Shown here piece by piece: positions 55,501 to 64,000 of a stretch of DNA of 64,000 nt. The stretch comes from Eledone cirrhosa. Its lineage: Eukaryota. A model generated the notes under the pieces. The model was not told the origin of the DNA, ran no database searches, and saw nothing but the letters and a program-made list of their open reading frames with translations. The stretch is taken from assembly GCA_964016885.1 (NCBI GenBank), contig OZ024741.1, forward strand, positions 221,526,001 to 221,590,000. Direction: 5' to 3'. Position numbers and translations under genes: made by a program. The first letter of the stretch is position 1. Each line of letters starts with the position of its first letter.

Positions 55501-58500
55501 GAATGGGTCTTAATATTGTTAGCTGGGTCTTAATATGGTTGGCTGGGTCTTAAAATGGTTGACTAGGTCTTAATATGGTTGACTGGGTCTTAATATGTTT
55601 GACTAGGTCTTAATATGGTTGGTTGGGTCTTAATATTGTTGACTGGGTCATAATGTGATTGACGATGTCTTAATATGGTTGACTGGGTCTTAATATGGTT
55701 GGGTCTTAATACGGTTGAATGGGTCTTAATATTGTTAGCTGGGTCTTAATATGGTTGGCTGAGTCTTAAAATGGTTGACTAGGTCTTAATATGGTTGACT
55801 GGGTCTTAATATGGTTGACTAGGTCTTAATATGGTTGGATCTTAATATGGTTGGGTCTTAATATGGTTGGCTGGGTCGTAATATGGTTGGCTATGTCTTA
55901 ATATGGTTAGGTCTTAATATGGTTGACTGGGTCCCAATTTGATTGACTAGGTCTTAATATGGTTGACTAGGTCTTAATATGGTTGGCTGGGTCTTAATAT
56001 GGTTGAATGGGTCTTAATATGGTTGACTAGGTATTAATATGGTTGGTTGTATCTTAATATGCTTGGGTCTTCATATGGTTGACTGAGTCTTAATATGGTT
56101 GGGTCTTAATATTGTTGACTGCATCTTAATATGGTTGACATGGTCTTAATATGGTTGCCTACGTCTTCATATGGTTGGTTGGGTCTCAATATGGTTGACT
56201 GTGTCTTAATATGGTTGACAAGGTCTTAATATGGTTGGTTGGGTCTTAATATGGTTGGTTGGGGTCTTAATAGGGTTGGTTGGGTCTTAATATGGTTGGG
56301 TGGGTCGTAATATGGTTGGGTTTTAATATGGTTGACTGGGTCTTAATATGGTTGACTGGGTCTTAATATAGTTGACTGGGTTTTCATATGGTTGACTGGT
56401 TCTTAATATGGTTGGTTGGGCTCTTAATAGGGTTGGTTGGCTCTTAATATGGTTGGGTGGGTTTGAATATGGTTGGGTGGATCGTAATATGGTTGGGTCT
56501 TAATATGATTGACTGGGTCTTAATATGGTTGGCTGGGTCTTAATATAGTTGACTGTGTCTTAATATGGTTGGTTGGTTGGTTCGATCTTAATATGATTGG
56601 TTGGGTCTTAATATGGTCTACTAGGCCTTAGTATCGTTAGTTGGGTCTTAATATGGTTGGTTGTGTCTTAATATGTTTGACTGGGTCTTAATATAGTGGT
56701 GTCTTAATATGGTTGGCTGGGTCTTATTATAGTTGGTTGGGTCTTAATATGATTGAGTCTTAATATGGTTGGGTCTCAATATGGTTGGTTGGGACTTAAT
56801 GTGGTTTGGTCTTAATATGGTTTTGACTAGGTCTTAATAGGCTTGGATCTTAATATGGTTGGCTCTTAATATGGTTGACTGTGTCTTAATATGGTTGAAT
56901 AGGTCTTAATATGATTGACTGGGTCTTAATACGGTTGACTGTGTCTTAATATGGTTGACTAGGTCTTAATATGGTTGACTAGGTCTTAATATAGTTGGGT
57001 CTTAATATGGTTGACTGGGTCTTAATATAGTTGACTATATCTTAATATGATTGGTTGGGTCTTAATATGTTTGGGTCATAATATGGTTGACTGGGTCTTA
57101 ATATGGTTGGCTGGGTCTTAATATGGTTGGCTCGTTCTTAATATGTATGGGTCTTAATATGGTTGGCTAGTTCTTAATATGGTTGACTGCTCTTAACATG
57201 GTTGGTTGGGTCTTAACATGGTTGGGTCTTAATATGGTTGAGTGGGTCTTAATATGGTTGGTTGGGTCTTAAAACGTTTGGTTGGGTCTTAATATGGTTG
57301 ACCTGGTCTTAATATGGTTGGCTGGGTCTTCATATGGTTGGGTCTTAATATGGTTGACTTGGTCTTAATACGGTTGACTGTGTCTTTATATGGTTGGTTG
57401 GTTCTTTATATAGTTGGTTGGGTCTTCATATTGTTCACTAGGGCCTAATATGGTTGGCTTGGTCTTAATATGGTTGGTTGGGTCTTAATATGGTTGAGTA
57501 GGTCTTAATATGTTTGACTAGGTCTTAATATGGTTGGGTCTTAATATGGTTGGTTGAGTCTTAATATGGTTGCCTGGGTCTTAATATGGTTGACTGGGTC
57601 TTAATCTGGTTGGTTGGGTCTTAATATGTTTGGTTGGGTCTTAATATATTTGACTGTGTCTTAATATGGTTGGTTGGGTCTTAATATGTTTGGTTGTGTC
57701 TTTATATATTTGACTGTGTCTTGATATGGTTGGTTCGGTCTTAATATGTTTGGTTGGGTCTTAATATGGTTGGCTCGTTCTTAATATGTATGGGTCTTAA
57801 TATGGTTGGCTAGTTCTTAATATGGTTGACTGCTCTTAACATGGTTGGTTGGGTCTTAACATGGTTGGGTCTTAATATGGTTGAGTGGGTCTTAATATGG
57901 TTGGTTGGGTCTTAAAATGTTTGGTTGGGTCTTAATAAGGTTGACCTGGTCTTAATGTGGTTGGCTGGGTCTTCATATGTTTGGGTCTTAATATGGTTGA
58001 CTTGGTCTTAATATGGTTGACTGTGTCTTTATATGGTTGGTTGGTTCTTTATATAGTTGGTTGCGTCTTCATATTGTTCACCAGGGCCTAATATGGTTGG
58101 CTGGGTCTTAATATGGTTGGTTGCGTCTTAATATGGTTGAGTAGTTCTTAATATGTTTGACTAGGTCTTAATATGGTTGGGTCTTAATATGGTTGGTTGA
58201 GTCTTAATATGGTTGCCTGGGTCTTAATATGGTTGACTGGGTCTTAATATGGTCGACTGGGTCTTAATATGATTGGTTGGGTCTTAATATGGTTGACTAG
58301 GTCTTATTATGGTTGACTATGTCTTAATATGTTTGACTATGTCTTAATATGGTTGGGTCTTAATATGGTTGGTTGAGTCTTAATATGGTTGCCTGGGTCT
58401 TAATATGGTTGACTGGGTCTTAATCTGGTTGGTTGGGTCTTAATATGTTTGGTTGGGTCTTAATATATTTGACTGTGTCTTAATATGGTTGGTTGGGTCT

Positions 58501-59432
58501 TAATATGTTTGGTTGTGTCTTTATATATTTGACTGTGTCTTGATATGGTTGGTTGGGTCTTAATATGTTTGGTTGGGTCTTAATATGGTTGGCTCGTTCT
58601 TAATATGTATGGGTCTTAATATGGTTGGCTAGTTCTTAATATGGTTGACTGCTCTTAACATGGTTGGTTGGGTCTTAACATGGTTGGGTCTTAATATGGT
58701 TGAGTGGGTCTTAATATGGTTGGTTGGGTCTTAAAATGTTTGGTTGGGTCTTAATATGGTTGACCTGGTCTTAATATGGTTGGCTGGGTCTTCATATGTT
58801 TGGGTCTTAATATGGTTGACTTGGTCTTAATATGGTTGACTGTGTCTTTATATGGTTGGTTGGTTCTTTATATAGTTGGTTGCGTCTTCATATTGTTCAC
58901 CAGGGCCTAATATGGTTGGCTGGGTCTTAATATGGTTGGTTGCATCTTAATATGGTTGAGTAGTTCTTAATATGTTTGACTAGGTCTTAATATGGTTGGG
59001 TCTTAATATGGTTGGTTGAGTCTTAATATGGTTGCCTGGGTCTTAATATGGTTGACTGTGTCGTAATATGGTTGACTGGGTCTTAATATGGTTGACTAGG
59101 TCTTAATATGGTTGGGTGGGTCTTAATATGGTTGGGTCTTAATATGGTTGGTTGAGTCTTAATATGGTTGCCTTGGTCTTAATATGGTTGACTGGGTCTT
59201 AATCTGGTTGGTTGGGTCTTAATATGTTTGGTTGGGTCTTAATATATTTGACTGTGTCTTAATATGGTTGGTTGGGTCTTAATATGTTTGGTTGTGTCTT
59301 TATATATTTGACTGTGTCTTGATATGGTTGGTTGGGTCTTAATATGTTTGGTTGGGTCTTAATATCTTTGGCTGAGTCTTAATATGGTTGACTCGGTCTT
59401 TATATGGATTGTTGGGTCTATATTTGGTTGGC
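49515..59432. repeat. ~10-kb 20-bp (with 16-bp variant) satellite
   Basis: ggtcttaatatggttgactg repeated roughly 500 times. Confidence 0.97.
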
Positions 59433-60323
59433 TGTTGTTTGTTGTTTATTTATTATTTGTTGTTTAACCCTATGTAGGTTTGCAACTGGTAGATAGTATC
59501 AGCAATAGAAAAGACCAACAGAAATATTTTTCTTTGGTTCAATTTGATGAGTTAAACCCCACTCGGTAAGTGAAGGGGGTCTGAAATCTTGCTGATGAAT
59601 TCCCCTTAGTTTTAACTGAGCAGAGATATGATCAAAGACATTCCAGATGTGATTACACCACCTATATTCTTTGTGCAAGTAATCTCTGTTCTTTTCTAAA
59701 ACAGAACATGCTTTGAGGGAGTCTTCACTGCTATTTCTCACACGTCAAGCACCCACATTGATAATTTTCCTTAATTGCTATATTGTTTTCACAGACTACT
59801 GAAAATTTTTAGAGACAGTTGTATAGTTTTCTTAATTCTTAAATGATTTTAGAAGTAACTGTATAATTTTGAAAATTGTTCTACAATTTTAGAAATAGTT
59901 TTAGAATCTTTTTATATGGTGGTACAAATGGTTGTATAATTTTTTGTATTGTTAAATAATTTTATAAGTGGCTATAAAATTTTAGAAATGGTTGAATAAA
60001 TGTTTATATAGTTAAATAATTTTAGAGACAGTTGTAAATTCTTTAAATAGTTAAATATTTTTAGAAGTAACTATATAATTGTAAAATGGTTGTAAATATT
60101 TTTATATGGTTAAATAGTTTTAGAATTAACTATATAATTTTAGAAGATATGATCAATGAACTGGCAGTTATGAATTCAAGTCTTAAAATAACAACCCATG
60201 TTGCTGACATTTAGTTTTTTAACCAAGGACAAGGTACATAACTCTGCATACCTCAGTCTGCCTGATTAACAGAATTGCTTCTTTCATTCCTTTAGTGTTG
60301 AAGGGACAGCAGTAAGAAGAGCA

Positions 60324-60493
<170 letters not shown>

Positions 60494-60626
60494 CATTTAA
60501 TGTTGGTGGATCACTACTGGATAGAACTGGTCATTCCATAGTTAATCATCATGTATCATATAAAAAGCACTCAACGTTATGCATCTCATCCATCATTGAT
60601 GTTGAATCCTGTTGGTGGTGCAGGAA

Positions 60627-60691
<65 letters not shown>

Positions 60692-60764
60692 ATATAGCTA
60701 GGGAATGTAATGTCCAGTTACTGTAGGTTCCCTTGAGTGAGCACTCGATGTGTAGTTTCCACCT

Positions 60765-61192
60765 GGTATACAGGTGTAGAAGTAAGCAGAGTGGAACTGG
60801 AGAGAAATGAGGCAAGCATGCTCCGTTGGATGTGCAATGTCAAAGTGCGTGAACGACGCAGCATGAATGTGTCGAGAGAGAAACTGTGTCTGAGAAGGAT
60901 AGAATGTAGTGTGCAAGAGAGGAGACTGAGGTGGTATGGACATGTGATGCGCATGGAGGATAACCGATGGGTGAAGAAGTGCCAGGAAATGCCAGTTGAA
61001 GAAAGATGTGGTAGAGGTAGACCACGAAAAACATGGGCGGAGGTGGTGAGAACAGACCTCAGATCGCTGAAGCTCACGGTGGAGATGACAAAGGACCGTG
61101 ACAAGTGGAGAGATGCTGTGCTGAATAGGACCCGTCCCACCCTTGCAAGCAGGGAAAAGCGGACATAAAATAATGATGATGATGATGATGAT
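60765..61192 (+). mobile_element. RTE LINE 3' fragment
   Basis: LERNEASMLRWMC...RRLRWYGHVMRM...GRGRPRKTW; (GAT)n tail. Confidence 0.88.
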
Positions 61193-61337
61193 AGACATAT
61201 TACAATCATTTCTCTGGTGACCAGCTCGAGGTACGATCGATGAGATGATCGAACCTGATATTATACTCTGCTCTGTAAGAGCATCGAATGCTCAAACGCG
61301 ATACTGCATATGGATGCTTTAAGCATCCCACACCAAA
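61192..61337 (+). mobile_element. Family B remnant (partial inverted arm + tail)
   Basis: agacatattacaatc...gaacctga joined to the tail ...gcatcccacaccaa. Confidence 0.65.
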
Positions 61338-62034
61338 TATCATCATCATCATCAGCATCATCACCGTTTTACGTCCGTTCTTCCATGCTAGCATGGGTTA
61401 GATGGGTTGTCCTGTTGTGGACAGTGTCTGGTTGGCTGACCTAAATACATATATATATATATATATATCATCACATATATATATATATCATCACACATAT
61501 ATATTCATCATCATCATCATATTAATATTTTACTCCACTTCCCCCGTCAGCAAGGATTGCATGGGTCAACAGAGACCAAATCAGTACTGAAATGGTACTA
61601 CTGACCTTCCAGTCTGGCCCAGAGATGGGGAGAGGTCTGCACCTCGTGTATGGGGATATGTTCTATCAAGTGCATAGGGAGGTTATCATGTCTTTGACAC
61701 AACTAAGGGGTCCTCCCCACCCTTTGTTTGGCACACTTTCTACAGCTAGATGCTCTTCTTAACACCAACCACTTTACAGAGTGTACTGGGTGCATTTATT
61801 GTGTAGATCACCAACACTAGGGAGGTTGTCATGTACTTGACATGACTAAAGGGTCCTCCCAACCCTTTGTTTGGTAAGCTTTCTATGGTTGGATGCCCTT
61901 CCTATCACCAACAACTTTACTGCATGTATGGGTGCATTTATCATGTAAATTACCAATATTAGAAAAGATGTCGCATTGTGTCATGACTCAACCCCTTCCT
62001 TCCTCCTATTTTTATAGGCATCATTTCTACAGCT

Positions 62035-64000
62035 ATGGATGTGGCTCATTATAAGGTGGGCCACATAGGATGTGGCTCATTATAAGGTGGACCACATAGG
62101 ATGTGACTCATTATAAGGTGGACCACATAGGATGTAGTTCATTATAAGGTGGACCACATAGGATGTAGTTCATTATAAGGTGGGCCACATAGGATGTGGC
62201 TCATTATAAGGTGGGCCACATAGGATGTGGCTCATTATAAGGTGGACCACATAGGATGTGGCTCATTATAAGGTGGGTCACATAGGATGTGACTCATTAT
62301 AAGGTGGACCACATAGGATGTGACTCATTATAAGGTGGGCCACATAGGATGTGGCACATTATAAGGTGGACCACATAGGATGTGACTCATTATAAGGTGG
62401 GCCACATAGGATGTGGCTCATTATAAGGTGGACCACATAGGATGTGGCTCATTATAAGGTGGGCCACATAGGATGTGGTTCATTATAAGGTGGGCCACAT
62501 AGGATGTGGCTCATTATAAGGTGGACCACATAGGATGTGGCTCATTATAAGGTGGGCCACATAGGATGTAGTTCATTATAAGGTGGGCCACATAGGATGT
62601 GGTTCATTATAAGGTGGGCCACATAGGATGTGGCTCATTATAAGGTGGGCCACATAGGATGTAGTTCATTATAAGGTGGGCCACATAGGATGTAGTTCAT
62701 TATAAGGTGGGCCACATAGGATGTGACTCATTATAAGGTGGGACACATAGGATGTGACTCATTATAAGGTGGGACACATAGGATGTGACTCATTATAAGG
62801 TGGGACACATAGGATGTGGCTCATTATAAGGTGGACCACATAGGATGTGGATCATTATAAGGTGGGCCACATAGGATGTAGTTCATTATAAGGTGGTCCA
62901 CATAGGATGTAGTTCATTATAAGGTGGGCCACATAGGATGTGACTCATTATAAGGCAGGTCACATAGGATGTGGCTCATTATAAGGTGGACCACATAGGA
63001 TGTGGATCATTAAAATGTGGGCCACATAGGATGTGGCTCATTATAAGGTGGGCCACATAGGATGTGGCTCATTATAAGGTGGGCCACATAGGATGTGGCT
63101 CATTATAAGGTGGGCCACATAGGATGTGGGTCATTATAAGGTGGGCCACATAGGATGTGGGTCATTATAAGGTGGACCACATAGGATGTGGCTCATTATA
63201 AGGTGGGCCACATAAGATATGACTCATTATAAGGTGGGCCACATAGGATGTGGCTCATTATAAGGTGGACCACATAGGATGTGGCTCATTATAAGGTGGG
63301 CCACATAGGATATGGCTCATTATAAGGTGGACCACATAGGATGTGGCTCATTATAAGGTGGACCACATAGGATGTGACTCATTATAAGGCAGGCCACATA
63401 GGATGTAGTTCATTATAAGGTGGGCCACATAAGATATGGCTCATTATAAGGTGGGCCACATAGGATGTGGTTCATTATAAGGTGGGCCACATAGGATGTG
63501 GTTCATTATAAGGTGGGCCACATAGGATGTGGTTCATTATAAGGTGGACCACATAGGATGTGGCTCATTATAAGGTGGGCCACATAGGATATGGCTCATT
63601 ATAAGGTGGACCACATAGGATGTGACTCATTATAAGGCAGGCCACATAGGATGTAGTTCATTATAAGGTGGGCCACATAGGATGTGGCTCATTATAAGGT
63701 GGGCCACATAGGATGTGACTCATTATAAGGCAGGCCACATAGGATGTAGTTCATTATAATGTGGGCCACATAGCATGTGACTCATTATAAGGTGGGCCAC
63801 ATAGGATGTGACTCATTATAAGGTGGGCCACATAAGATATGGCTCATTATAAGGTGGGCCACATAGGATGTGGCTCATTATAAGGTGGGCCACATAGGAT
63901 GTGGCTCATTATAAGGTGGACCACATAGGATATGGCTCATTATAAGGTGGGACACATAGGATGTGGCTCATTATAAGGTGGACCACATAGGATGTGGTTC
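62035..64000. repeat. 31-bp satellite, >60 copies, runs off the window
   Basis: ggatgtggctcattataaggtgggccacata. Confidence 0.97.

Overview
AT-rich, repeat-saturated animal genomic DNA with long (TA)n/(CAT)n microsatellites, tRNA-derived SINEs and RTE/CR1 LINEs. The repeat repertoire looks like an Octopus-type cephalopod genome (inference). Most ORFs in the track are microsatellite artefacts. Real coding remnants are a CR1-like LINE (~510-3572), RTE LINE pieces, an internally deleted mariner (12886-13781), two Penelope-like elements (PLEs; ~15692-16670 and 20303-23160) and one probable terminal exon of a host gene (28685-28830). The right third is mostly satellite: a 58-bp array inside inverted repeats, a ~10-kb 20-bp array and a 31-bp hairpin array. 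The most striking signal is at least seven families of short non-coding fold-back elements (inverted arm + arm + single-copy tail), mostly embedded in (TA)n tracts. They share the terminal architecture of the large PLE, and most carry complete, variant or half type-I hammerhead ribozyme folds. I read them as PLE-mobilised, hammerhead-bearing, microsatellite-targeting hairpin retroelements. All RNA folds were done by eye and coordinates are approximate.
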